Shown one piece after another: positions 1 through 9,358 of a stretch of 64,000 nt of DNA. The stretch's first letter is position 1. Each line of letters begins with the position of its first letter. Location: contig JABWAS010000004.1 in the NCBI GenBank assembly GCA_013360865.1, forward strand, positions 412 through 64,411, in the 5' to 3' direction. Origin of the DNA: Candidatus Paceibacter sp. GTDB taxonomy: Bacteria; Patescibacteriota; Minisyncoccia; UBA9983. The notes under the pieces were generated by a model. It worked only from the letters and a program-made list of their open reading frames with translations. It made no database searches and was not told where the DNA came from. A program made the position numbers and the translations under genes.

Positions 1-218
1 TTTTTGGAAGATTCTTGATCCACTCTCTTTCTTCTTTTAATGTCAGGCTTTTCCTCGTTGTATATTTATTGACGCTTGTATCGGACATCCATACGAAAAA
101 TCTATGAGCATCACTCATTTTTATTGGCCTTAAAATAATTTTATCGCCGCTCAAAATCATAAAATATTAACTGTAGGCAAGTTAGTAATTCTTAATATTA
201 TTTTGTTATAATACAGCG

Positions 219-665
219 ATGAAAGCAACCATGAACAGCGAACAACACGGATTGTTTAAAATAACTCAAAATATTTTTTTAGTTAACGAGGAGGGAGGGC
301 TTCTTTTGCTGCAGCATAACAGCGGCAAATGGCTTCTTGTCGGAGGACGACTAAATGTTTCAGAACGATGGGATAACGGGCTTAGAAGGGAAGTAAAGGA
401 AGAAACGGGCATATCGGATTTTTCCATAGACGGCATATTGCAGGTTGATAATTGGGAGCACAAAGGGCTTCATCAATACGGCGTTTTCTTTGTCGGGAAA
501 ACAAAAAAAGAAAATAAAATCAGTCTTAGTGACGAACACATAAACTATAAATGGGTAAAAAACATGGAAGAAATAAAAGAGCTTGATTTTTGGTCAACGG
601 AGTTGAAGGAAAGAATACTCGGCGGATTTAAAAAAATACAAAACTTGCCAGGTCGTTTTTTGTAA
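219..665 (+). CDS. NUDIX hydrolase
   Basis: 148 aa; Nudix box visible in translation (GGRLNVSERWDNGLRREVKEETGI, fits GX5EX7REUXEEXGU); TATAAT-like box just upstream of ATG. Confidence 0.8.
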   Translation: MKATMNSEQHGLFKITQNIFLVNEEGGLLLLQHNSGKWLLVGGRLNVSERWDNGLRREVKEETGISDFSIDGILQVDNWEHKGLHQYGVFFVGKTKKENKISLSDEHINYKWVKNMEEIKELDFWSTELKERILGGFKKIQNLPGRFL

Positions 666-681
666 ATATATTTATCTTTGT

Positions 682-1323
682 ATGCTCAGATCGGAACGCA
701 TTGCCAAAAAAATAAACGAAAAAATTGAGAGCTGGTTAAAAGACCAAGCTAAATTAGTCGTGGCTGTTGACGGTTACGCCGGATCGGGCAAGACCACGGT
801 CGCCGACTTCATTGCCAAAGAGAATCCGGACGCGCTGGCGGTCCATCTGGACGATTTCATCAATCATTGGAAAGACAGAAAGAAAATGATCGAACAAACT
901 GAAGATAAATCGCGAGTTTTTGAATATGACTGGTTTCGCTATGGCGATTTGGAAAAGCTAGTCAGTGAGTTTAAAAACAAAAGCAAAGGCTCAGTCAAAT
1001 TAAAAACTTACGACTATGACAAAAATGACTTCGGTCCACTGAAAACATTTGATCTGTCAAAGAAAATTTTAGTAATAGACGGTATCTTTCTTTTCCACCC
1101 CGGGCACAAAATAAGCAAGGAGTGGGACAAAAGAATTTACCTTGATGTTGATTTTGCCAAAGCGGATAAGAAACGGATCGCCCGAGAAAAGAAAAAATGG
1201 GGCAGTGCTTATATTCCGGAAAGTCACCCCGATAATTGGACTAGGTATTACAAAGAAGCTTACCGAAGATACGCGGAAGAATGCAGGCCTAAAAACAACG
1301 CCGATCTGGTCTTTAAAGTTTAA
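682..1323 (+). CDS. P-loop nucleoside kinase (uridine kinase/PRK-family-like)
   Basis: 213 aa; Walker A GYAGSGKTT near N-terminus followed by HLDDF motif typical of Udk/PRK-type kinases. Confidence 0.55.
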   Translation: MLRSERIAKKINEKIESWLKDQAKLVVAVDGYAGSGKTTVADFIAKENPDALAVHLDDFINHWKDRKKMIEQTEDKSRVFEYDWFRYGDLEKLVSEFKNKSKGSVKLKTYDYDKNDFGPLKTFDLSKKILVIDGIFLFHPGHKISKEWDKRIYLDVDFAKADKKRIAREKKKWGSAYIPESHPDNWTRYYKEAYRRYAEECRPKNNADLVFKV

Positions 1324-1502
1324 TTTTGGCAATTTTCCTCTATAATGGCTAAACGAACTTCATCCCAAGCGCGGAGTCACTAAAAAAGCTAGTATTTGTG
1401 TTGGTTGTTTTTTTATACCTATCGTGGAGTTAGAACTTTTTTAAAGGAAATAGTGAGTTGAAGTGTAGGAATAAAATCTGTTACAAAATTAAAAACAAGT
1501 AA

Positions 1503-1913
1503 ATGGAAAAAATTCACAAGACTGAAGAGGAATGGAAAAAAATACTTACTCCGGAGCAGTATAAAATACTACGACAGGGCGAAACCGAACCTGCTTTTAC
1601 TTGTCCAGTACAGGAGTTGAAAATTGATGGTTCGTATAACTGTGTTGCTTGCGATTTAGCACTTTTTCGTTCTGAAGCCAAATTTGAATCCGGTACCGGA
1701 TGACCAAGTTATTACAAACCGATTAATCTGGAAAATATTATTGAACGTCCTGATAATTCTTTTGGTATGCGCCGCACAGAAGTACTTTGTGGCAGATGCG
1801 AGTCTCATCTTGGCCATGTTTTTGATGATGGTCCCCCACCAACGGGAAAACGTTATTGCATAAATTCAGTGGCGCTAAAATTCAAACCAGATAGAGATGA
1901 TGGAGAAAATTAA
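1503..1913 (+). pseudogene. msrB: Peptide-methionine (R)-S-oxide reductase MsrB interrupted by a single in-frame TGA (1701..1703) at the conserved Trp of the SGxGWPSF motif
   Basis: Both halves in one frame: KFESGTG-[TGA]-PSYYKP aligns to E. coli KFQSGCG-W-PSFYQP; downstream [21 protein letters not shown] catalytic region intact; overlaps msrA start by 17 nt. TGA is a genuine stop elsewhere in this window (zwf stop followed by terminator). Confidence 0.55.
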
Positions 1914-2463
1914 TTTACAAAAAATTGAAAACGTAGCATTCGGAGGCGGATGCTTTTGGTGTACAGAAGCCGTGTTTTTGATGCTCAAAGGTGTTATTAC
2001 TGTGACCTCCGGCTATGCTGGAGGCAAACTGCCTAATCCTACTTATGAGCAGGTTTCTACCGGGACTACGGGCCATGCAGAAGTAATTTTAGTTGAATAT
2101 AATCCAGAAATGATATCTTTTGAAAAATTGCTGGAAGTGTTTTTTGACAGTCATGACCCAACAACTCTGAACCGCCAAGGCAACGACGTTGGGACCCAAT
2201 ATCGTTCAATTTTGCTTTACACAATGCCTGAACAACAACAATTGGCGGAAGGCTACATTAAAAAACTTGGAAATTCAAAGAAGTACAACAAACCAATAAT
2301 CACTGAACTTGTTCCCTTGGAGAAATTTTACCCCGCGGAAGAGGAACACGAGAGATTTTATGCAAGACATCCCGAAGAAGGATATTCAACGGCTATAATC
2401 AAACCAAAAACTGAAAAGATAAAAGAGAAATATTCTAAACTAATAAAAACCCCAAAACATTAG
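1897..2463 (+). CDS. msrA: Peptide-methionine (S)-S-oxide reductase MsrA
   Basis: 188 aa; active-site GCFWC motif ([14 protein letters not shown]) and GHAEV motif. Confidence 0.85.
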   Translation: MMEKINLQKIENVAFGGGCFWCTEAVFLMLKGVITVTSGYAGGKLPNPTYEQVSTGTTGHAEVILVEYNPEMISFEKLLEVFFDSHDPTTLNRQGNDVGTQYRSILLYTMPEQQQLAEGYIKKLGNSKKYNKPIITELVPLEKFYPAEEEHERFYARHPEEGYSTAIIKPKTEKIKEKYSKLIKTPKH

Positions 2464-2616
2464 TGAGTACCAGGATAGGGCAGTCGACAATTACTTTGCC
2501 CATATTTTGCATATTTTGCGCAGAATTGAGCATTATTGAGTAGATTTCGAGCAAACTTGCATAGATTTTGTAGATATCCGGGGATGTTTAGCAAAAATTA
2601 AATTCAAATAAATATT

Positions 2617-2913
2617 ATGAGATTACAATTAGAAAAGTTTGGAAAAACACTGATATCGCGAGAGCTGGGCAGCGAAGCATATAGAGCCTTTCAGCCAACC
2701 TTGCGCGATTTTGCGCCAACCGAGGAATTGGAAATAGATTTCTCCGGTATCTTGACCATCTCGCCTTCTTGGGTTGATGAATTTTTAAGCCCGCTTTTAA
2801 ATGTTCTCGGCGAGAGATTGGCGCTTCTTCCGAGTGACAATCTCTCCGTGCAGGCAACGCTCAAGATCCTTCAAGAGGCGAATAAAAAAGTATTTAAGAT
2901 CAAGGGCAAATAG
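2617..2913 (+). CDS. STAS-like/DUF4325-like small protein
   Basis: 98 aa; pattern L..FG..LISRELG...R......IDFSGI..ISPSW.DEF resembles DUF4325 (STAS-fold) proteins; immediately upstream of the IR-flanked R-M cassette. Confidence 0.4.
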   Translation: MRLQLEKFGKTLISRELGSEAYRAFQPTLRDFAPTEELEIDFSGILTISPSWVDEFLSPLLNVLGERLALLPSDNLSVQATLKILQEANKKVFKIKGK

Positions 2914-3071
2914 ATCTTTTTGAAACAGCCGCCGCCCGTCCGCCAACCGGTGGACTCGCGCATAGCAAAAAAGTTTTCTCTGCTTTTCTGATTTTGCGCG
3001 CGCCGGATTTTTTCTTCTAAAAGGAAAAGAAAACTTTTTTGCTGGCTTCTGCTCTGACCGAGCAGGGCGGC

Positions 3072-3167
3072 AAGGCTGGCCTATATTTTTGCTCGGTCGC
3101 GGCGGAATTACCCCACACCCCCTTCCGCCTCGCCCTCGCTTGGGCTGGCGAATTTTTTTGCGGAGCT
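3072..3167. repeat. Left arm of 96-bp near-perfect inverted repeat (partner 7655..7750)
   Basis: Reverse complement of 7655..7750 matches 3072..3167 with a single mismatch; GC-rich (~60%) in an AT-rich context. Confidence 0.9.
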
Positions 3168-3256
3168 CCAGTGCGCGGGCAAGTTGGCGGAACTCACTAA
3201 ATTAGTATATGACAATTTGGAATATAACACAATGGAATATTACCATATAGATAACT

Positions 3257-3478
3257 ATGGTTAAAGCAATTTTATCAAAAGACCATAAATACACTGTTGA
3301 GCAGTTGAAAAAAGCTCGCCAAGAGGCCGGTTTAGATCAGGCGGAAGTAGCCAAACTGCTCGGGAAAACCCAATCTCATGTCTCAAAGGTAGAAGCCGGA
3401 CAGAGGCGTATTGATATTGTTGCACTCAAGGAGTTTGCCTGGATTTATAAAAAGCCACTGGATTATTTTTTGAAATAA
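3257..3478 (+). CDS. XRE-family HTH transcriptional regulator (controller/C-protein-like)
   Basis: 73 aa; HTH_XRE signature (LKKARQEAGLDQAEVAKLLGKTQSHVSKVEAGQRRIDIVAL); first gene of R-M-like cassette, stop overlaps next gene start (ATGA). Confidence 0.7.
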   Translation: MVKAILSKDHKYTVEQLKKARQEAGLDQAEVAKLLGKTQSHVSKVEAGQRRIDIVALKEFAWIYKKPLDYFLK

Positions 3479-3479
3479 C

Positions 3480-4442
3480 ATGTCTGGCCTTTCTGATTAC
3501 ATAAAAAATAGATTCGGGGTTGATGAAGACATCTTCCTCGAAGCAATAAATATAAGCCCTAGTGCCAGGGGGTATATTATGGGTGCAATAAGTGAGTTAT
3601 TTTTGGCTGAGTATTTAAAAAAGAAAGGTTTTGAGGTTCTTAGGATTAAAGAAAAACCGAAAGGCGGCAACAATGCAAAAAGTTCTGAAGCTCGAGGCGA
3701 TTTTTACATTCGACCAATAAATTCCGAAGAAGATAAATGGTTGGTTATAGAGAGTAAAGGACTAAAAAGCAACTCAGAATTTCGGGGAGATAAATTGAAT
3801 AGTCCGGACAAGCTATTTAGATTCCTTAAAGCTGTTGTGTCTTTAGCGAAAAACAAGTCAAAAACTTATGAGAATGGTTTGCGCTCGTATAAGCGAATAA
3901 AAGCGTTATGGGAAGCAAAAAACAAAAGAAAGTCATTTCCACAATTTAATTGGAATAAAGAATTTCCCGGTCCCATTGCGTGCGACTTGAGTAAAATTTG
4001 GAAATCTGAAGACGATTTGAAAAAATGGGTGTACGCTTTGCCAAAAGAACTATTTACTGAAACAGCCTATAGAAAAGTTGCGGGCGCGATAGCAATCCTT
4101 GAGACTCACCAACCGAGTACTAGAGTTGCGCCCATAACTGGTTTAAAACAAGCTGCTCCTCTTGTAAGTGACTTTAACATTATGGCCGTTGATCTCTTTT
4201 TAAGAACCGGAAAACATGAGTTTGTTTTTATGAATTCGTCGGAGATTAGTCATTCGCCGACTTCTCCCGAACACTTATACCAAAATTATGTTATTGATAT
4301 TTTAGTCAAAGGGAGAAAAGAGGAGCTTCGGATAAATCGCCCTTGGTATACCGATATCGAGGCGTGCATCAAAACAACCAAACCACAATATCGGATTATT
4401 GATAAAAGCCAGCTTGATAACAGAGAAGTAGAGGAAATGTGA
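3480..4442 (+). CDS. Putative PD-(D/E)xK nuclease (candidate restriction endonuclease)
   Basis: 320 aa; E...GDFYIRP...WLVIESKG arrangement fits D-x(n)-E-x-K nuclease core; located between C-protein-like gene and MTase. Confidence 0.45.
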   Translation: MSGLSDYIKNRFGVDEDIFLEAINISPSARGYIMGAISELFLAEYLKKKGFEVLRIKEKPKGGNNAKSSEARGDFYIRPINSEEDKWLVIESKGLKSNSEFRGDKLNSPDKLFRFLKAVVSLAKNKSKTYENGLRSYKRIKALWEAKNKRKSFPQFNWNKEFPGPIACDLSKIWKSEDDLKKWVYALPKELFTETAYRKVAGAIAILETHQPSTRVAPITGLKQAAPLVSDFNIMAVDLFLRTGKHEFVFMNSSEISHSPTSPEHLYQNYVIDILVKGRKEELRINRPWYTDIEACIKTTKPQYRIIDKSQLDNREVEEM

Positions 4443-4459
4443 GTTATCCACATTGAGAT

Positions 4460-4499
4460 AATACACCGCTGTGTAGTATAATTTACACAACGGTGTATT
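4460..4499. promoter_or_regulatory. 16-8-16 palindrome (AATACACCGCTGTGTA-gtataatt-TACACAACGGTGTATT) containing a TATAAT box, candidate operator/promoter of the MTase gene
   Basis: Arms are reverse complements with 1 mismatch; spacer contains tataat; 16 nt upstream of MTase start. Confidence 0.4.
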
Positions 4500-4514
4500 A
4501 TTTTACTTAATTTT

Positions 4515-6614
4515 ATGCAAAAGCAAATGCTTTTTCCAGAGTTGGAACAAATATCAAAAGACGACCTTAAAAAGGCCGAGAATCTTTTTAAGGTTTTTGG
4601 CGATATTCATAACCACATTTATGCTAACGATGGTCTCTCCTCTCAAGAAGCCTTTGCCGAAGTTCTAAAATTGCTTTTTATAAAAGTTGAAGATGAGCGA
4701 GGCGATGAAAAAAAATCAAAATTTTATATTTCGGAAGTTGAGAAAGATGAAATTAGTGATGGACGAGACGACACATTTCGTAAAAGGATTGTAGAGCTTT
4801 TTGATAAAGCAAAAAAGGACTACGACGATGTTTTTGATGAATCAGAAAAAATCAATCTCAAAACTGCGACCCTGGCATTTGTTGTTAGCAAACTTCAAAA
4901 CCTCAATCTTTCTCGTTCGGAGAGAGATGTTAAAGGAACGGCCTTTCAAAAATTTGTTTATTCTCATCAGCGTGGAGAACGCGGCCAGTTTTTTACACCT
5001 GATCCAATAATCCGGCTCTGTGTAGAATTTTTATCTCCACAAAAAAATGAGAAGGTCCTCGATCCTGCGTGCGGTACCGGCGGTTTCTTAGTAGAGGCCA
5101 TGAAGTATGTTTGGCAAAACAATTTCGCAAATATTAAGGACAGCGAACAAAGAAAAAAGAAAGAAATGGAATATGCCGAAAATCATCTTTTTGGTATAGA
5201 AATCAATCCTCTTGTCGCAAAGGTAGCAAAAATGCGAATGATTTTAGAAGACGATGGCTATTCTGGAATCGTCAATACTAATTCTCTTTCAAATATCCAT
5301 GCTATACAGAAGGAATTTTCAAAATCCACGAAATTAAACAAGATTGAAGGTTCTTTTGATTTAATTTTGACTAATCCACCATTTGGTTCTCAAGGTAAAG
5401 TTACAAACGAAAATGTTTTGCGAGATTTTTCACTTGGATATAAATGGTCAAAGGATAGTCGTGGAAAACTCGTTGCTACCAATCAATTACAGAATGGGCA
5501 AGTGCCGGAGATACTGTTTATCGAGCGTTGTCTTGGGTTATTAAAAGACGGAGGAAAACTAGCGATAGTTCTTCCAAATGGCGATTTTGAAAATTCCAGC
5601 CTCGATTATGTCAGAGAGTTTATAAATTCTAAGGCTAAAATTTTAGCAGTTGTTGCTTTGCCACCCGAAACTTTTATACCCCATGGGACGGGCGTTAAGG
5701 CCTCGCTGTTGTTCTGTCAAAAACTTTCTCCGGTAGAACTGGAGGCGCAAAAGAAAAAGGACTATTCGATTTTCTTTGCCAAGATCACAAAAGTTGGTTA
5801 TGAAGGAAATAAGAATGGCACAATTATTTATAAAAAGGATTCGCAAGGAAGGGTTGTGGAAAATCAGGATGGCGATCCTATCATTGATGAAGATATATCA
5901 GAAATAATCTCGGCATATTCTCAGTTTAGAGAGAGCAAAAAAATAAAAGCAAATAATAATATATTTACACTACAATATAGTGAGCTGAATAACCGATTTG
6001 ATGTTGAGTACTACAATCCCGAATATCGTAAAATTCGAACTCTACTTTCGAAAGGAGGCGCTAAAAAACTTGGAGAGCTAGTTGAAGTAGTAACTAGAAA
6101 AAGCAAGAGACTCAAAACTCCGGAGGCGGTGATTCGCTATGTCGAATTATCTGATGCAAGTTCTATAAATGGCGAGCTTGTTTCTTATTCAGAGATGCAG
6201 GTGCACGAAGCTCCTAGTCGCGCTTCTTATGAAATTGAGGAAGGAGATATTATTACTGCAGTTGCCGGTAACTCTATCGGAACAAAAAACCATGCCACAG
6301 CAATTGTAAGGCGAGATTTTAGTGGAGCAATATGTACGAACGGTTTTAGAGTTTTGAAAGCAAACAGCATTAATCCATATTATCTTTTCGCAATTCTACG
6401 ATCTGATATTTTTCTATCACAAATATTTAGATTACGGACTGGGGCGGCAATACCTTCGGTTTCTGATGAAGATTTAAAAAACATCCTAATTCCTATACCT
6501 CCAGAGACCGAACAGAAAAAAATAGAAAAAACAATCCGAGAAGGTTTAGAGTTGAGAGAGAAATCACGTCAGCTTTTAGACGGTATCTCTCTGGAGGCAT
6601 ATATTTTGAAGTAA
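4515..6614 (+). CDS. N6-adenine DNA methyltransferase, HsdM-like, with fused C-terminal HsdS-type target recognition domain
   Basis: 699 aa; HsdM N-terminal domain, motif I LDPACGTGGFL, motif IV LILTNPPFG; C-terminal ~220 aa resembles a single HsdS TRD plus conserved C-terminal helix (GELVEV...EQKKIEKTI). Confidence 0.85.
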   Translation: MQKQMLFPELEQISKDDLKKAENLFKVFGDIHNHIYANDGLSSQEAFAEVLKLLFIKVEDERGDEKKSKFYISEVEKDEISDGRDDTFRKRIVELFDKAKKDYDDVFDESEKINLKTATLAFVVSKLQNLNLSRSERDVKGTAFQKFVYSHQRGERGQFFTPDPIIRLCVEFLSPQKNEKVLDPACGTGGFLVEAMKYVWQNNFANIKDSEQRKKKEMEYAENHLFGIEINPLVAKVAKMRMILEDDGYSGIVNTNSLSNIHAIQKEFSKSTKLNKIEGSFDLILTNPPFGSQGKVTNENVLRDFSLGYKWSKDSRGKLVATNQLQNGQVPEILFIERCLGLLKDGGKLAIVLPNGDFENSSLDYVREFINSKAKILAVVALPPETFIPHGTGVKASLLFCQKLSPVELEAQKKKDYSIFFAKITKVGYEGNKNGTIIYKKDSQGRVVENQDGDPIIDEDISEIISAYSQFRESKKIKANNNIFTLQYSELNNRFDVEYYNPEYRKIRTLLSKGGAKKLGELVEVVTRKSKRLKTPEAVIRYVELSDASSINGELVSYSEMQVHEAPSRASYEIEEGDIITAVAGNSIGTKNHATAIVRRDFSGAICTNGFRVLKANSINPYYLFAILRSDIFLSQIFRLRTGAAIPSVSDEDLKNILIPIPPETEQKKIEKTIREGLELREKSRQLLDGISLEAYILK

Positions 6615-6637
6615 ATTTACATGACAAGATTTTTCAC

Positions 6638-7714
6638 ATGCAAAAAATTAAAAGAAAAATTAGAATTATCCTTTATAAACTTTTCGGTAATTTACTCTTT
6701 GAATTAAAAACAAGAAAAAGAAGAAAGATACATCAGAAAATTAAACGAGAGCATTCCAAGCTTGAATCAGCTTTTAGGAAGCTAGAACAGAATTTGCAGG
6801 GAATAAATTACCCGAACAACGATTTTAATAAAATAATGTCGATGGTGCTCTCAGATTTAGAGTTATTTGAGCACATTGTCCGACGATTTAGACATGATAG
6901 ACAGATTTTGAGCTACATTTCCCGGGATGATCAATTTTTGCACTTTTTAGGCCCAAATAAGAGATCGTACCCGTCTCATCCATACGAGCGCGATAATAAT
7001 GCGGCAATAAAAATTGATGTTCAATCACTGTTTATGTTTGGAATGATTATGATAAGTCGGAGCCTGTTACTGTTAAAAATGTATCTGCCAGATAGAGGCA
7101 GTAAAAATGGAGAAGGGATGTATCATAAAATTGGGAATTTTTATTTTGAACTTAGCCAATCTAATCGGTTGTCGAATTTGTCACAAAAATTTAAGGATAA
7201 TTTTCTAACCAAAATTAAGTGGCTATATTCTGCCTTGAGGTTTTACAGAAATGAATTTATTGAGCATTTGGATAAGGGATATCAGCAAGGCATGAATTTT
7301 GGTGTTTATGGTAACGATTTTGCGCTTTCGTCATATAAATGGAACTATGGTGATAGCGATGACGAAAAAGTAGAAAAATTTAGGGCTAAACTTGAAAATG
7401 CAGGGGTTCAGATTTCTGGCAGAAGTAGTGGAGGTCGGAGTTTGATAAATAGATATTATATACAAAGAGTATTTGATAACATTGAATACGTGCCAGACAA
7501 TTTATTAAAAGAAGCGCTAGACCTTATTGAAGAGGTGGGAGTTCATTCTCCACAACCGGAAAAAGTTATATCGGAAATAGAAGGATATATGGTGGGCGTA
7601 TTAAATTTTATGTCCGATGAGTTGAAGAGTAGCGAATTGATCAAATATAAAAATAGCTCCGCAAAAAAATTCGCCAGCCCAAGCGAGGGCGAGGCGGAAG
7701 GGGGTGTGGGGTAA
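6638..7714 (+). CDS. Hypothetical protein (358 aa) with highly basic N-terminus; last ~19 codons encoded by the right inverted repeat
   Basis: No recognisable motifs; co-oriented with and 23 nt downstream of MTase; C-terminus ...ASPSEGEAEGGVG lies inside IR 7655..7750. Confidence 0.3.
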   Translation: MQKIKRKIRIILYKLFGNLLFELKTRKRRKIHQKIKREHSKLESAFRKLEQNLQGINYPNNDFNKIMSMVLSDLELFEHIVRRFRHDRQILSYISRDDQFLHFLGPNKRSYPSHPYERDNNAAIKIDVQSLFMFGMIMISRSLLLLKMYLPDRGSKNGEGMYHKIGNFYFELSQSNRLSNLSQKFKDNFLTKIKWLYSALRFYRNEFIEHLDKGYQQGMNFGVYGNDFALSSYKWNYGDSDDEKVEKFRAKLENAGVQISGRSSGGRSLINRYYIQRVFDNIEYVPDNLLKEALDLIEEVGVHSPQPEKVISEIEGYMVGVLNFMSDELKSSELIKYKNSSAKKFASPSEGEAEGGVG

Positions 7715-7750
7715 TTCCGCCGCGACCGAGCAAAAATATAGGCCAGCCCT
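7655..7750. repeat. Right arm of 96-bp inverted repeat (partner 3072..3167)
   Basis: See left arm; 95/96 identity in inverted orientation. Confidence 0.9.
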
Positions 7751-7811
7751 ATTCTATATGGCCGATTTTGTGGTAAAATAAGTAAAAAGATTTTTAATTG
7801 CAGAGCTGCGG

Positions 7812-8828
7812 TTGTTTATAATGAAAAATATTTTTAAGTTAATTTTTTCTGTTGCTGTTTGCGAACTCGCCGGATTTATAGGTTCTCTTTTTACCATGCC
7901 GGCGATAATGTCGGGCTGGTACGCCGGACTGGCCAAACCGGAACTCGCGCCCCCGAATTGGATATTCGCTCCGGTCTGGACGGTCTTGTTTGCCTTGATG
8001 GGCGTGGCCGTATTTTTAGTGTGGAAAAAAGGACTTGGAAACAAGGGAGTAAAGACCGCGTTGATAATTTTTGACACGCAGCTTGTTCTGAATGTTATTT
8101 GGTCGGTGATTTTCTTCGGGCTCAAAAGTCCCGGCTGGGCATTTGTGGAAATTGTTTTCCTCTGGTTGGCTATTCTTGCCGCGATCATTGCGTTCGCGCG
8201 CGTCTCCAGGCCGGCCGCCTGGCTTCTGGTTCCATACATTATCTGGGTGACTTTCGCCGGATATCTCAACTACTCAATCTGGCAGTTAAACGCATCTGGT
8301 TCAGGACAAGTTGCCTGCACGCAGGAGGCCAAACTTTGTCCGGATGGATCATATGTCGGGCGAGTCGGACCTAAGTGCGAATTTGCTCCGTGTCCCGGAG
8401 GAAATAACGACCTTTGGAAAACGACTACGGACGAAAAGACCGGCACAACATTCCAGTATCCGGAGACTTTGCTCACCACATACATCCAGACCGTAGATTG
8501 GCCGCCGCAGGTTCAGGTGTTGAATGAGACATATACTTGCACCGAAGCCGGAGAAGAAACCGCCCGTGCTGGTAAAACCGAAAGGCGAATGGTTGATAAC
8601 CGCGAATACTGCCGCACGAGCGTCGTGGAAGGCGCGGCCGGCAGTATCTACACGCAATATGCTTATGCGTTTCTGAAAGATAATAAAACCGTCATTTTCA
8701 CTTTTACCACTCGCGCGACGCAATGCGGCAATTATGACGAAACTGAGCGAGAATCGTGCGAAGGTGAAAGAGAAACTTTTGATATTGATAGCGTCGTTGA
8801 CCGCATGGCGCGAAGCGTTAAATTCTAA
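7812..8828 (+). CDS. TspO/MBR family membrane protein fused to C-terminal cysteine-rich extracytoplasmic domain
   Basis: 338 aa; N-terminal ~160 aa with TspO pattern (WYAGLAKPELAPPNWIFAPVWTVLFALMG, multiple TM helices, Trp-rich); C-terminal domain begins with ACTQEAKLCPDGSYVGRVGPKCEFAPCPG motif shared with next-but-one gene. Confidence 0.7.
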   Translation: MFIMKNIFKLIFSVAVCELAGFIGSLFTMPAIMSGWYAGLAKPELAPPNWIFAPVWTVLFALMGVAVFLVWKKGLGNKGVKTALIIFDTQLVLNVIWSVIFFGLKSPGWAFVEIVFLWLAILAAIIAFARVSRPAAWLLVPYIIWVTFAGYLNYSIWQLNASGSGQVACTQEAKLCPDGSYVGRVGPKCEFAPCPGGNNDLWKTTTDEKTGTTFQYPETLLTTYIQTVDWPPQVQVLNETYTCTEAGEETARAGKTERRMVDNREYCRTSVVEGAAGSIYTQYAYAFLKDNKTVIFTFTTRATQCGNYDETERESCEGERETFDIDSVVDRMARSVKF

Positions 8829-8838
8829 AAAATAAAAT

Positions 8839-9306
8839 ATGGAAAATTACAAACATACGCAAATTGGTTACCTGATGCTGGTTATCACGCTGGCCGTGTT
8901 GGCGCTTTTCGCGTGGCTTCAAATTACGGCCAGAGCAGAGCCGCCCTCATACAATTCCGGCGCGAATTTTGCCATAACCGCCATAATGGCGTTAATTCTG
9001 TTTATTCTCGCGTCGTTTTCGACGCTGACCGTCGCCATTGACGGGCAGCTTTTGAAAGTCCGTTTTGGCTGGGGTATTTTCCGCAAAAAGTTTCCTTTAA
9101 CCGAGATCGCCGCGGTCAGGAAAGTAAAAAATCATTGGTATTATGGCTGGGGCGTCCGATTGCGGTTTTGGCCGCGTATGTGGATTTTTAATGTCTCCGG
9201 CTTTGACGCCATCGAACTTACCATGAAAAACGGAAAAATCTATCGCATCGGCACCGACGAGCCGGAAAAACTGGAAATGGCTATCCGGCAAGCGGCACAT
9301 CTATAA
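8839..9306 (+). CDS. Membrane protein with bacterial PH-like domain
   Basis: 155 aa; two N-terminal TM helices then GWGIFRKKF...YYGWGVRLRFW pattern reminiscent of bPH_2/YcxB-like domains. Confidence 0.35.
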   Translation: MENYKHTQIGYLMLVITLAVLALFAWLQITARAEPPSYNSGANFAITAIMALILFILASFSTLTVAIDGQLLKVRFGWGIFRKKFPLTEIAAVRKVKNHWYYGWGVRLRFWPRMWIFNVSGFDAIELTMKNGKIYRIGTDEPEKLEMAIRQAAHL

Positions 9307-9358
9307 ATAGTTCCCACAAAAATTAGCCAACTTGGCGGTTTTTTGGTAAAATAAAAAC

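Noticed and set aside
1-88. Partial minus-strand ORF running off the left edge (MSDTSVNKYTTRKSLTLKEEREWIKNLPK…)
   Set aside because: Only 29 codons are visible and show no motif. It cannot be supported as a gene from this window.
1701-1703. Genome-wide UGA recoding (code 4 UGA=Trp or code 25 UGA=Gly) as explanation for the msrB in-frame TGA
   Set aside because: - TGA ends zwf (followed directly by a GC-rich terminator), 9359..10384 and 3480..4442.
- Readthrough would add only nonsense tails.
- Only the msrB TGA sits at a conserved Trp.
- A single-site event is more likely (mutation, error or local readthrough).
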